The position numbers were made by a program, and so were the translations under genes. This document shows positions 38,363-48,188 of a stretch of DNA of 64,000 bases, piece after piece; position 1 is the first letter of the stretch; every line of letters starts with the position of its first letter. The stretch is from Alphaproteobacteria bacterium (GTDB taxonomy: Bacteria > Pseudomonadota > Alphaproteobacteria > Rs-D84), in contig JAFYUU010000015.1 of NCBI GenBank assembly GCA_017549445.1, positions 58,767 to 122,766 on the forward strand. Direction: 5' to 3'. The notes below the pieces were generated by a model, which saw only the letters and a list, made by a program, of their open reading frames with translations, did no database searches and was not told the origin of the DNA.

Positions 38363-39377
38363 CGGGGGAACACAAAAACATCATGCCATTAAAAAAGAAA
38401 AAGAACACAAAATTTCGCAAAATACTAATCTGGTTATTGATACTATCAATATTGACCTTGATGATAATATCATTTCCGGCCCATCAACACATGAACGAGA
38501 TTGTGGTATTCCCTTGAATTATATCGAATTATTTTTAGAAGCCCTGTCTGCCGAAAAGGGTCGCAGTTCTAAAACCCTGACCAGTTATGAATCCGACCTT
38601 CGCCAGGCAGACAACACTATTTCTGGTGGCCTGATGAATGCGACATCCAAATCATTACAGGATTATTTATCGTCCCTGCCGGATAAACCATCATCTATTG
38701 CCCGCAAGGCCAGTTCTCTACGTGGTTTTTACAAATTTTTAATGTTGGAAAAAATCATACAAACAAATCCTGCAACAAATCTTGAACTGCCCAAACGCAC
38801 ACGCACCCTGCCCAAATTCCTCTCTCTGGACGAGGTTGACCTGCTTATCTCATCTGCGGGCGACATCAAGACCTCGACCCGTTTGCGTGCAATGATAGAA
38901 TTGCTTTACGCATCAGGTCTGCGTGTATCAGAATTATGCGAATTACCAATGACTGCAATTTTGGGCGACAAATTACTGATTCATGGCAAAGGTGCCAAAG
39001 AACGCATTGTCCCCATGCACGATGGTGCCATCACTGCACTAAACAAATGGCTGACCGCCCGTGGTGACATTGATTCTAAATACGTATTTCCATCTGGTGG
39101 CAAAACTGGCCACATCACCCGTGACGGCTTTTTCAAGATATTGAAAAAATGTGCAGTTTTATCAGGCATATCCCCGTCCAGGGTATCCCCACACGTCCTG
39201 CGTCACTCGTTTGCGTCCCACCTGTTGGCGGGCGGTGCAAACCTGCGTGCGATACAAACAATGTTGGGCCACGAAGACATATCAACGACCCAAATATACA
39301 CTCACGTTTTACCTGAACAATTACGTGAAACAATCGAATTACATCATCCACTATCACAATCCAAGGTAAGAAAATGA
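38349..39377 (+). CDS. xerD: tyrosine site-specific recombinase XerD/XerC. The listed ORF has a ~55-aa implausible leader, and the true start is probably an alternative codon near 38514 (before LNYIELFLEAL).
   Basis: ARG-HRH-Y catalytic residues in context (RHSFASHLL..GANLRAIQTMLGHEDISTTQIYTHV). Confidence 0.8.
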   Translation: MIQFNGGTQKHHAIKKEKEHKISQNTNLVIDTINIDLDDNIISGPSTHERDCGIPLNYIELFLEALSAEKGRSSKTLTSYESDLRQADNTISGGLMNATSKSLQDYLSSLPDKPSSIARKASSLRGFYKFLMLEKIIQTNPATNLELPKRTRTLPKFLSLDEVDLLISSAGDIKTSTRLRAMIELLYASGLRVSELCELPMTAILGDKLLIHGKGAKERIVPMHDGAITALNKWLTARGDIDSKYVFPSGGKTGHITRDGFFKILKKCAVLSGISPSRVSPHVLRHSFASHLLAGGANLRAIQTMLGHEDISTTQIYTHVLPEQLRETIELHHPLSQSKVRK

Positions 39378-39877
39378 TTAAGAAATGTGACAAACCTGGT
39401 TGCACCCGTGCAGGAACATGCCGTGCCCCAAAAACCCGTGATTTAAAAGAATATTGGTTTTTCTGCCAGGAACACGCCGCCGAATACAACAAAAATTGGA
39501 ATTATTATGCGGACATGACCCCCGATGAAATCGAGGCCGACTGGGAACGTCAAACATTTGGCGAACCATTAAAGGACAAAGATTCCGCCAACAACGATGC
39601 AACCGACTACGCAAAATTCATCAACGATTTTATCACTGGTCGCAGTCGCTTTGACCGCATCCCTGCGAAAAGCAAATTACCCACCAACGTTGTATCCGCA
39701 TTAAAGGTATTTGATTTGGGCATATCTGCCACCTGGCGTGAAGTTGGTGTTAAATACCGTGCCTTGGCGAAAAAATATCACCCTGACACCGCCACAGACA
39801 AAAAAACAGCCACCACCGAGTTTGCCCGAATTTCAACCGCATACGAAATATTGAAAAAACACTACGGCAAAAAATAA
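39374..39877 (+). CDS. small J-domain protein with an N-terminal Cys-rich (zinc-ribbon-like) region
   Basis: C-terminal J-domain signature (YRALAKKYHPDT) and an N-terminal CDKPGCTRAGTCRAP...FCQEH region. Overlaps xerD by 4 nt. Confidence 0.7.
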   Translation: MIKKCDKPGCTRAGTCRAPKTRDLKEYWFFCQEHAAEYNKNWNYYADMTPDEIEADWERQTFGEPLKDKDSANNDATDYAKFINDFITGRSRFDRIPAKSKLPTNVVSALKVFDLGISATWREVGVKYRALAKKYHPDTATDKKTATTEFARISTAYEILKKHYGKK

Positions 39878-39906
39878 TCCCACCCCGCCAATTCTTGACT
39901 CTTCCC

Positions 39907-39948
39907 CACCCCTGTCATTGCACACGTGGCCGTGACAATCCAGTCCAT
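39907..39948. repeat. ~42-nt repeat, copy 2
   Basis: CACCCCTGTCATTGCACACGTGGCCGTGACAATCCAGTCCAT compared with copy 1 at 11197-11240. Confidence 0.5.
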
Positions 39949-39966
39949 CCTTATTCTACCAAAAAC

Positions 39967-39990
39967 AAATCCCGCCTTTCGGCGGGATTT
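39967..39990. terminator. intrinsic terminator, best oriented for the minus-strand Cys-rich protein gene
   Basis: AAATCCCGCCTTTCGGCGGGATTT. The minus-strand reading is followed by a U-run. Confidence 0.55.
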
Positions 39991-40006
39991 ACGTCTTCCT
40001 CATCCT

Positions 40007-41863
40007 TTATTGGATACCGACTTGGAATTCATCGCCCCAAACGGCAACCGTCTGGCCACCAATCGTGCATTGGATATCCTCAAAACCATTTTCTACTTGC
40101 TTCTTTTTCATAACATGACTGGTAATTAAACCGCCGGCCGTCCCTAATACCACACCTGCCGTCATATCAGATGCCAAACGGGCACGGTTAAATTCGCCGT
40201 CTTCGTCACGCCATACATTCCGGTCAAACCCACCAACCAATCCGTCCAACACTTCGACAGAACTTTTAATCTTTATCATACCCGCATTTCTGCGACGTTC
40301 CTGTTCTTCACGTTGTCTATCTTCGGCGGTCATACATCTTTTCTTGTTCCAATCAATTGTCGCCATCAGATTTGCACATTCACAAATATTCTTCTGTTCA
40401 TTCCAACGTGCATTTACAATCTCGCGACATTTACCACGTGCCAATACATACGGATCATTTTCATCATTTGGTTTTGGTTTGGGGTTTTCTTCTTCATCAT
40501 TTATACATTCCAATCTTGTCCAGCCCCCACTGATAACCACCAACTTTTGACCATCTGGACAATAAGATTCATCTTCACACCTGCCCTGCTCGATTCCATT
40601 TTCATCTATAACTTTATAGGCCCCATCTACACACTCTGCCGCAATACATTTTTTCATTTCTTTACTCCAATGTGCGGACTTGGCCTTCATTGCATCTAAC
40701 TGTCCCTTTGTTTCACAAATATATTTAACCGGGATTGATTCATCTTCCAGTTCCCCAAAATCAACATCTTCTATAATGATACCATCTTCATCAACCTGCA
40801 CATCATCGAATTCAATTTTTGGCAAACAAATCAAATCAGTTGACATCTTATCATCAAGAATATGCAAATACGTTTCCCCCTTGCAATAAGATGGATACAC
40901 GCACCACCCCTGATCTGTGCCATTTTTTATAACCTTGTATGCCCCATCCTTGCACTTGGTAGCGAAACAGGTATTAGTTTCTGCATTATATGTTCCCTCG
41001 ACTGCATTTATTGCATTCAACTTTGTCTGTGTGCAGCCATCTGCAACCACGACAGAATCATCTATTTCATTTTGATTACAATCCAGAACCACCTGCATAT
41101 TCTGGGTCAGTGTTTCCACCTTTTCTTCACATCCAAGCAAGTAAAAGACCGCCTCTCCATTTTCATCAAATTGATCTGTTGGTATATCAAACACACCATT
41201 TTCATCAGTTTCATAGTAATACTCGGCATTCTGCCTGTCCGTTTTGGCCAAGATAGCAACCCCCATCAGCGGGACCCCATCAGTATCAGTGACCACACCA
41301 CCATAATGTGGCACACAACCCGTCCAATCTTTATTTAAATTATATCCTGGTCTGCATGATTCAACCTTGCACTGTTCCCATTTTCCATCACGACACTCGC
41401 ATTTACACGAAGAAGTGTTTGTTGCATCAATACCATCCATTCCATCACATGCAACATGTCCCAACTGACCCGCATCATACTTGAAACTATGTCCCTGACA
41501 TTGCATATCCGAACTCTTAATATATCTATACGACCCCTCTGCCTTCGAGCATCTTTGCAACACCCCATACTTTCTGATTGCATCGCCATACAGTTCCCAA
41601 TCTGACACATCATTCCATTCGCCACCATTACACCCAGTATTTGGGATATTCACCCAGTTTGTGCCATTACACTGCCACACAGTATATGTATCTATACCAC
41701 CATTTAACTCGCAAGCGTCTTCAATCAAAATAAATTTTTTATATGTTTCACTGCCAATTGTTGACGTGCATCTTGTTTTCTGTGCCAAGGCAACACAGTC
41801 CTGTGCCAACGCACCACCAACACTCAACAATCCAACAAAAACCGCAATCAACAGGCGTTTCAT
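40007..41863 (-). CDS. secreted or surface cysteine-rich modular protein of unknown function
   Basis: Signal peptide MKRLLIAVFVGLLSVGGALA. At least two tandem ~60-aa Cys modules (C-x3-C-x-DGAYKVI-x2-NG-x2-QG-x-C-x4-YC...). A transthyretin/Cna-B-like segment (VVTDTDGVPLMGVAILAKTD...YYYETDENGVFDIP...VFYLL) and a Gly-rich hydrophobic stretch near the C-terminus. Confidence 0.6.
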   Translation of the reverse strand: MKRLLIAVFVGLLSVGGALAQDCVALAQKTRCTSTIGSETYKKFILIEDACELNGGIDTYTVWQCNGTNWVNIPNTGCNGGEWNDVSDWELYGDAIRKYGVLQRCSKAEGSYRYIKSSDMQCQGHSFKYDAGQLGHVACDGMDGIDATNTSSCKCECRDGKWEQCKVESCRPGYNLNKDWTGCVPHYGGVVTDTDGVPLMGVAILAKTDRQNAEYYYETDENGVFDIPTDQFDENGEAVFYLLGCEEKVETLTQNMQVVLDCNQNEIDDSVVVADGCTQTKLNAINAVEGTYNAETNTCFATKCKDGAYKVIKNGTDQGWCVYPSYCKGETYLHILDDKMSTDLICLPKIEFDDVQVDEDGIIIEDVDFGELEDESIPVKYICETKGQLDAMKAKSAHWSKEMKKCIAAECVDGAYKVIDENGIEQGRCEDESYCPDGQKLVVISGGWTRLECINDEEENPKPKPNDENDPYVLARGKCREIVNARWNEQKNICECANLMATIDWNKKRCMTAEDRQREEQERRRNAGMIKIKSSVEVLDGLVGGFDRNVWRDEDGEFNRARLASDMTAGVVLGTAGGLITSHVMKKKQVENGFEDIQCTIGGQTVAVWGDEFQVGIQ

Positions 41864-41967
41864 ATAAAATCTCCTACATAACTTATACATCCAATTATAT
41901 CACAATCTGGATACTAAAAAAAGGGACAACTTTACTGTCGTCCCCTTTTTCAATCACAACCAACCAC

Positions 41968-42906
41968 CTATTGCAGTTGATTCAGATATGCGATTGCGTC
42001 CATTGCGGCACTGCACCCTGTTCCAACAGCGGTTGCGATTTGCATTTTCAGATCCGCATGCACATCCCCTGCCACGAAAATACCTGTTGGCAAATTACAC
42101 GGTGCCAACCGTCCCATATTATCACGCACCACATCTTCGGTCAGATAGTCCGTATTTGCCTCGTGTCCGATTGCAACAAACAAACCGTCTGCAACAATTT
42201 CCGCCCCATCAGTTGTTGTCATAACCAATTCACCTGTCTGAGAATCGGCCTTGGGTGCGATTTTTGCCAAATCTGTGTTAAACAAACATTCGATATTTTC
42301 CCGTTCTGACACACGATTACGCAACACGACCTCGGCCCGGGTAAATGCCCCCTTGCGATAAACAATTTTAACATTCTTTGCAATATCAGCCAGATACAAC
42401 GCATCATTTAATGCACTGTTTCCGCCCCCCATAACAACGACCGTCTTGTCATAGTAAAAGAATCCATCACACGTTGCACAATAAGAAACCCCCTTGCCCA
42501 TCAACTCACGTGCACCTTCAATTTCCAGTTTGCGTGGCGAAGCCCCTGTTGCGATAATAATGGACTTGCCGATATATTTATTACCATCACTGCCCAGCAC
42601 ATTAAATCCAGATTCTGCGTCCCCTGCGATATTTTTTGCAGACACGAACTGAATTTCTGCCCCAAATGTTTCCGCCTGTTTTTTCATAAATTCAGCCAGT
42701 TCTGACCCACTGCCGGCCCACCCTGGATAGTTTTCCAGCACCGCAATCCCAGCCATCTGACCACCCAAACGATCGCCACCTAAAATCAGTGTTTTTTTAT
42801 TTGCCCGTCCTGCATACAACCCTGCTGTCAAACCTGCCGGTCCAGAACCCAAGATAATAACATCATACATAATACCTTCCTTTGTATTTTCGCCCCAATA
42901 TAACAC
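41968..42906 (-). CDS. trxB: thioredoxin-disulfide reductase
   Basis: FAD and NADPH GxGxxG/A motifs and the CATCDG redox-active site. Confidence 0.9.
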   Translation of the reverse strand: MLYWGENTKEGIMYDVIILGSGPAGLTAGLYAGRANKKTLILGGDRLGGQMAGIAVLENYPGWAGSGSELAEFMKKQAETFGAEIQFVSAKNIAGDAESGFNVLGSDGNKYIGKSIIIATGASPRKLEIEGARELMGKGVSYCATCDGFFYYDKTVVVMGGGNSALNDALYLADIAKNVKIVYRKGAFTRAEVVLRNRVSERENIECLFNTDLAKIAPKADSQTGELVMTTTDGAEIVADGLFVAIGHEANTDYLTEDVVRDNMGRLAPCNLPTGIFVAGDVHADLKMQIATAVGTGCSAAMDAIAYLNQLQ

Positions 42907-43068
42907 AGACCTTTATAAATATGCAAACAAAATCCACTATTGATTTTGCAATTAAAAAGATTTATAATTTATCCCGATATGAAATTGATTTTTGTTATTT
43001 TCAGTTCATCTTCATCATCCCCTTATGGGGAATAATTTGCATACTTACAATTTTTCAATTTTATTATT

Positions 43069-43082
43069 TGCGATTTATCGCA
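43069..43082. promoter_or_regulatory. 14-bp perfect palindrome TGCGATTTATCGCA, 47 nt upstream of the serS start
   Basis: Identical to the element upstream of thrS. Confidence 0.4.
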
Positions 43083-43129
43083 ACACGTAATAAAATAACA
43101 CCCAAAATAAACATCAAAGGACGAAAACT

Positions 43130-44407
43130 ATGCTAGACATGAAATTTATTCGCGAAAACCCAGAATTGGTAAAAAACGCCTGTGCGGTCAAGGGCTTTGA
43201 CGATCACACTGACGAAATTTTGGCACTGGACGCCCGTGTTCGTGAACTGAAAACGATTACGCAAAGCAAAACAGCCGAGAAGAACAAAATCACCCGTGAA
43301 ATTCCAACTGCCACGGACAAGGCCCCATTGATTGCCAAGTCCAAGCAAATAAACGCTGAAATTGCGGACGACATGGCCCAGTTGGCAAAATGCGAAGAAC
43401 AATTGACCGATCTGTTGCTTCGCACCCCCCAGATACCATCTCCGACCGCCCCGATTGGTCGTGACGACACCGAAAATGTCGAGGTTAGACGCATCGGCAC
43501 CCCACGTGAATTTGACTTTACCCCCCGTCCCCAGTGGGAATTACTGGAAATGAACGGTTGGTGGAAACCAGAAAAAATCGCTGGTATCTGTGGCACTCGC
43601 ACCTATGCTCTTTTTGGCGAAGCCGCCGAACTTGAACTTGCGATACAAACTTATGTCTTGCAGAAATTGATGTCTCGTGGATTTACATTTGTAAATTGTC
43701 CATCTATTACCAAACCCCAGACAATATTCAATGCGGGCCACTTTATGGGTTCAGACCTGTCTGTTATGAACAACGACGTATTTATGCTGACCGACACAGA
43801 CCGTTGTCTGGCTGGCACGGCAGAAATTATTCTGAACTCGCTACACAGTGACGAAGTTCTGAACGAAAAAGACCTGCCGATTAAATACGCTGGCTTTTCG
43901 CCATGTTTCCGCAAAGAAGCCGGTGCCGCCGGTCGTGACACCCGTGGAATCGTGCGTATACACCAATTTAACAAGGTCGAACAATACATTTATTGTACCC
44001 CAGAACAATCCGACCAAATGCACGAACATTTGTTAAACAACCTGTGCGATGTAATGGAAGATTTAGAATTACCATACCGTGTAATTGAAAACTGCACCGG
44101 CGACATGGGATTCAACAAGGTAAAAATGAACGATGTCGAGGCCTGGTTCCCCAGTGAAAACGCATACCGTGAATTGGGTTCTTGTTCATCAATTGGCCAG
44201 TTCCAGGCCCGTCGCACAAACACACGTTTCCGTGCCTCAGACGGCAGCTTGCAGTTCTGTGCCACATTAAACAACACAGGGATTGCCCTGCCCCGTGCAA
44301 TTGTTCCCGTGATTGAAAATCACCAGAACCCAGACGGTTCAGTCAATATCCCCAAGTGCCTGCAACCCCTGATGGGTGGTCGCACAAAAATCGGTGGCAA
44401 ACACTAA
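43130..44407 (+). CDS. serS: seryl-tRNA synthetase
   Basis: N-terminal coiled coil and class II motifs, 425 aa. A terminator hairpin follows (AAAAATCCCGCACCTGCGGGATTTTT, 44409-44434). Confidence 0.9.
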   Translation: MLDMKFIRENPELVKNACAVKGFDDHTDEILALDARVRELKTITQSKTAEKNKITREIPTATDKAPLIAKSKQINAEIADDMAQLAKCEEQLTDLLLRTPQIPSPTAPIGRDDTENVEVRRIGTPREFDFTPRPQWELLEMNGWWKPEKIAGICGTRTYALFGEAAELELAIQTYVLQKLMSRGFTFVNCPSITKPQTIFNAGHFMGSDLSVMNNDVFMLTDTDRCLAGTAEIILNSLHSDEVLNEKDLPIKYAGFSPCFRKEAGAAGRDTRGIVRIHQFNKVEQYIYCTPEQSDQMHEHLLNNLCDVMEDLELPYRVIENCTGDMGFNKVKMNDVEAWFPSENAYRELGSCSSIGQFQARRTNTRFRASDGSLQFCATLNNTGIALPRAIVPVIENHQNPDGSVNIPKCLQPLMGGRTKIGGKH

Positions 44408-44560
44408 TAAAAAATCCCGCACCTGCGGGATTTTTATTATTCCACACCGTGATTTAGACAAATCTGACCCAAAGTCAATATTTATGATATAAATTCTTGA
44501 AAACTCGAAAAAAAAGTTATACCCTGTTGCCGATAATCGAAAAAATCAAGGATACTACAA

Positions 44561-46393
44561 ATGAAAATTCGCAATATTGCAATTATTGCCCACGTTGACC
44601 ACGGTAAAACAACCCTGGTTGACAATATGTTGAAACAGGCGGGAACATTCCGTGAAAACGAACACATTGACGACCGTGTTATGGACAGTGGCGACATTGA
44701 ACGTGAACGTGGCATTACCATTTCTGCCAAACCTACTTCAATCCAGTGGGGCGAATACAAGATAAACATTGTGGACACACCGGGTCACGCTGACTTTGGT
44801 GGCGAAGTGGAACGTATTTTATCCATGGTTGACGGGGTTGTCCTGCTGGTTGACAGTTCCGAAGGCCCCCTGCCCCAGACCAAATTTGTATTATCCAAGG
44901 CATTAAAACTGGGCCTGCATCCAATTGTATGCATCAACAAGATTGATCGTTCTGATGCCCGCCCAGACGAAGTTTTATCTGAAACATTTGACCTATTTGA
45001 TAAATTGGGTGCAACAGAATCCCAATTGGACTTCCCGTATTTATATTCTGTTGGTCGTGACGGTTGGGCTGTGCGTGATTTAAATGACGAAAGAAAAGAC
45101 CTGACACCATTATTCCAATTGATTGTTGACCATGTTCCTGCCCCCGATTGCAACGGGACACGTTGTCAACTGGACGCACCATTTACTATGTTGGCCACAA
45201 CTCTGGAAGCTGACCCATACGTTGGCCGTATCCTGACGGGCAAGATTGAATCAGGCACCGTTCGTGTTGGCCAATCAGTCAAGGCCATAAACATGCGTGG
45301 CGAATTTATCGAAAACGCCAAGATTACCAAAATTATTGAACATCGTGGTGTTGAAAAAATATCACGTGACACTGCATCTGCCGGCGACATCGTGGTTGTC
45401 GCAGGATTTTCCAAGGCAACCGTGTCCGACACTTTGTGCGACCCATCGGTCACCGAACCAATTCCTGCAATGCCAATTGATCCACCGACCCTGACAATGA
45501 CGTTCTTTGTGAACACATCGCCCTTGGCTGGTAAATCTGGCAAGAAATTGACATCACGTATGATTGGCGAACGCCTGTTCAAGGAAGCAGAAACAAACAT
45601 CGCCCTGCGTGTTGAACAAAGTGAAAACAACGAAGCGTTCGAAGTTTCAGGCCGTGGCGAATTGCAACTGGGCATTTTGATTGAAACGATGCGTCGTGAA
45701 GGTTTCGAGTTATCTGTATCACGTCCCCGTGTTGTAATGCACACAGACGAAAACGGCAACCGCCTAGAACCAATCGAAGACGTTGTAATTGACGTAGATG
45801 ATGAATTTTCTGGTGTTGTAATCGAAAAGATGACCAAACGTCGTGCCACAATCACCGAAATGAAGGCATCTGGCAACGGTAAAACCCGTATCGTATTTTC
45901 TGCCCCATCTCGTGGCTTGATTGGATATCTGTCTGAATTCCGCACCGACACCCGTGGCACAGGTATTATGAACCGTGTATTTGATAAATACGACACCTAT
46001 CGTGGTCCAATTCAACAATATCGCCCAGGTGTTTTGGTTTCTATGGAAAAGGGTTCTGCTGCAACCTATGCCCTGTTTAATTTACAACCACGTGGCACCT
46101 TGTTTATCGATCCACAGACCGAGGTATATTCTGGTATGATTATCGGTGAACACAGCAAAGAAAATGACCTAGAAGTAAATCCGATAAAAGGTAAAGAATT
46201 GACCAACATGCGTTCGGTGACCGCCGATGAAAAATTATTCTTGGCCCCACCCCGTCGCATTTCACTAGAAGAAGCCCTGTCTTACATCTTGGATGACGAA
46301 TTGGTTGAAATCACACCCGACACAATCCGTCTGCGTAAAAAAGAATTAGACAGCGGTATCCGCAAAAAGACACGTAAAAATGTCGAAGAATAA
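44561..46393 (+). CDS. typA: translational GTPase TypA/BipA
   Basis: AHVDHGKTT G1 motif, 610 aa, TypA domain order. Confidence 0.9.
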   Translation: MKIRNIAIIAHVDHGKTTLVDNMLKQAGTFRENEHIDDRVMDSGDIERERGITISAKPTSIQWGEYKINIVDTPGHADFGGEVERILSMVDGVVLLVDSSEGPLPQTKFVLSKALKLGLHPIVCINKIDRSDARPDEVLSETFDLFDKLGATESQLDFPYLYSVGRDGWAVRDLNDERKDLTPLFQLIVDHVPAPDCNGTRCQLDAPFTMLATTLEADPYVGRILTGKIESGTVRVGQSVKAINMRGEFIENAKITKIIEHRGVEKISRDTASAGDIVVVAGFSKATVSDTLCDPSVTEPIPAMPIDPPTLTMTFFVNTSPLAGKSGKKLTSRMIGERLFKEAETNIALRVEQSENNEAFEVSGRGELQLGILIETMRREGFELSVSRPRVVMHTDENGNRLEPIEDVVIDVDDEFSGVVIEKMTKRRATITEMKASGNGKTRIVFSAPSRGLIGYLSEFRTDTRGTGIMNRVFDKYDTYRGPIQQYRPGVLVSMEKGSAATYALFNLQPRGTLFIDPQTEVYSGMIIGEHSKENDLEVNPIKGKELTNMRSVTADEKLFLAPPRRISLEEALSYILDDELVEITPDTIRLRKKELDSGIRKKTRKNVEE

Positions 46394-46457
46394 CCCAAAT
46401 ACTACGCCGTGATTTTATCATGGCGTTTTATTTATAAACATTGTAAAATCAGAACAA

Positions 46458-47309
46458 ATGAAACACACAAAACGTTTATTTTTATTTGCCGGCTATGACA
46501 AGGGTGGCATTATTGACTCGTCCCTGACAATGTTTGTTTGTGCATTATCAAAATTTGGCGATGTCGTTCTTTATATGGACTCTGATTGTCCCCCAGAACA
46601 ACTAGAAAAACTATCCCATATCACATTATATGCGGGCGGAAACAGACATGGCGAATACGATTTCGGCTCATACAAGCGTGCCTATAATTGGGCCAGAAAT
46701 AACTTGAACTTATCCGATTATGACTTTGTTTATATGGTAAATGATTCTGTTTATGGTCCACTGTTTGACCTGACACCATACCTGCAAAAGATGGAAAACC
46801 AAAACACAGATGCCTTTGGTATTGCCATAAACCCACATCACCAATCACCACACATACAATCCTGGTTCATAGGCATGCGTCAAACGGTATTTTTATCTGA
46901 TTGGTTCTGCGAGTTTCTGAACTCGGTCCGTCATCACGACGACAAAGGCACCATAACCGTTTTATACGAACACGGCTTTACCAAACGCCTTATCGAACGC
47001 AACATGTCATGGTCTGGCCTGTATAAGACCCCACACCGTTCGGTCTATAATCGCATAAAACACTTTTACAAACGCAAGATGCCATTTATGAAAAAAATGG
47101 CAATTTCCCGTCATTACGGTTCCCTTGGGGCCCAGGTTTTATACGTCCTAAACCATTTATCTGCCCCTGCCCGCAATGCGATTATGGAAAATGCCAACCG
47201 CATCTACGGCACAAAATATATGGAAACGTTTTTAACCCGAAATCCGTTCAAGATAATGTATCGCAACATACGTTATATTATTCACAAATTATTAAACGAG
47301 GGCTTATGA
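46458..47309 (+). CDS. hypothetical protein, probably a glycosyltransferase (family not assigned)
   Basis: First gene of a sugar-transferase island. It is followed, with a 4-nt overlap, by a GT92-like gene. No recognisable motifs by eye. Confidence 0.4.
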   Translation: MKHTKRLFLFAGYDKGGIIDSSLTMFVCALSKFGDVVLYMDSDCPPEQLEKLSHITLYAGGNRHGEYDFGSYKRAYNWARNNLNLSDYDFVYMVNDSVYGPLFDLTPYLQKMENQNTDAFGIAINPHHQSPHIQSWFIGMRQTVFLSDWFCEFLNSVRHHDDKGTITVLYEHGFTKRLIERNMSWSGLYKTPHRSVYNRIKHFYKRKMPFMKKMAISRHYGSLGAQVLYVLNHLSAPARNAIMENANRIYGTKYMETFLTRNPFKIMYRNIRYIIHKLLNEGL

Positions 47310-48160
47310 AAAACTCTACTTCTACCCAGAACTTAAAACGCATTGCGGTTATAACAATGGCCCGCAACGACTTGTTCTTTTTATCCCGTTGGATAAAATA
47401 TTATGGCGACCTGTTTGGCACAGAAAACCTGTATATCTATCTGGACGGCACCGACCAAACAACCCCAGAAAACGCAGGCAACGCACATATAACAAAACTG
47501 CCCCACGCAGACATGTCTCGGTCTGCCGGTGACAAGTATCGCATCGGTCTGATGTCTGAACTGGCAAACAAATTGTTGGCAGATTACGACATAGTTATCG
47601 GTTGCGACTGCGATGAATTCTTGGTTGTCGATCCAAACACAGACATGAACCTGCACAAATATTTATCCACACGTCCATTTAATACCACCCTGTCTGGTCT
47701 GGGGCTGGACGTTGGTCAACACATGACATTAGAACATCCCCTGGACACATCAAAATCATTTCTGTCCCAACGTTCCTATGCCCTGTTATCGACCCGATAT
47801 ACCAAACCCGTTGTTCTGAACCGCCCTGCCCAATGGGGTTCAGGATTCCACCGTGTCAAGAACCACAATTTCCACATTGACCCTAACTTGTATTTATTAC
47901 ACTTTGGTGCGGTTGATATGGACATGTTAATTGCCAAGGCCGCCAATCGTGGCCCCGACTGGGTCAATCACTTGAAACGTCGTGGCAATGGTACAATAAA
48001 CGATGTATCATCTCGCCCAATCCACGGCGAAAAACATATCAAGATTGCCCGCCTGATGCAAAAATACATCCGTGCCCCATACGCAATCAACAAACCTAAT
48101 ATGATGGGGATAAAGTGGGTTGTAAAAATCCCCGAACGTTTCAAGCGATATGATGTTTAA
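47306..48160 (+). CDS. GT92/DUF23-like glycosyltransferase (GT-A fold, DxD)
   Basis: LSRWIKYYGDLFGTENLYIYLDG parallels the GT92 N-terminal W-x-YH..LGVDHFYIYD block. CDCDEFL fits the DxDEF motif. Confidence 0.55.
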   Translation: MKNSTSTQNLKRIAVITMARNDLFFLSRWIKYYGDLFGTENLYIYLDGTDQTTPENAGNAHITKLPHADMSRSAGDKYRIGLMSELANKLLADYDIVIGCDCDEFLVVDPNTDMNLHKYLSTRPFNTTLSGLGLDVGQHMTLEHPLDTSKSFLSQRSYALLSTRYTKPVVLNRPAQWGSGFHRVKNHNFHIDPNLYLLHFGAVDMDMLIAKAANRGPDWVNHLKRRGNGTINDVSSRPIHGEKHIKIARLMQKYIRAPYAINKPNMMGIKWVVKIPERFKRYDV

Positions 48161-48188
48161 TAAAAAAGGTGCCAATGGCACCTTTTTT
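48161..48188. terminator. bidirectional terminator inside the glycosyltransferase island
   Basis: AAAAAGGTGCCAATGGCACCTTTTTT between convergent genes. Confidence 0.6.

Noticed and set aside
38349-39377. xerD as the integrase of an integrated mobile element
   Set aside because: No att-like direct repeats, phage genes or tRNA are nearby. It is embedded between lptF/G and a J-domain gene with overlapping stops and starts, like a chromosomal dif recombinase.
42907-43129. 84-aa ORF 42882-43136 and a possible structured leader upstream of serS
   Set aside because: The ORF is low-complexity and overlaps the trxB 5' end and the serS promoter. No T-box-like or riboswitch-like conserved motifs were recognisable, apart from the palindrome reported separately.
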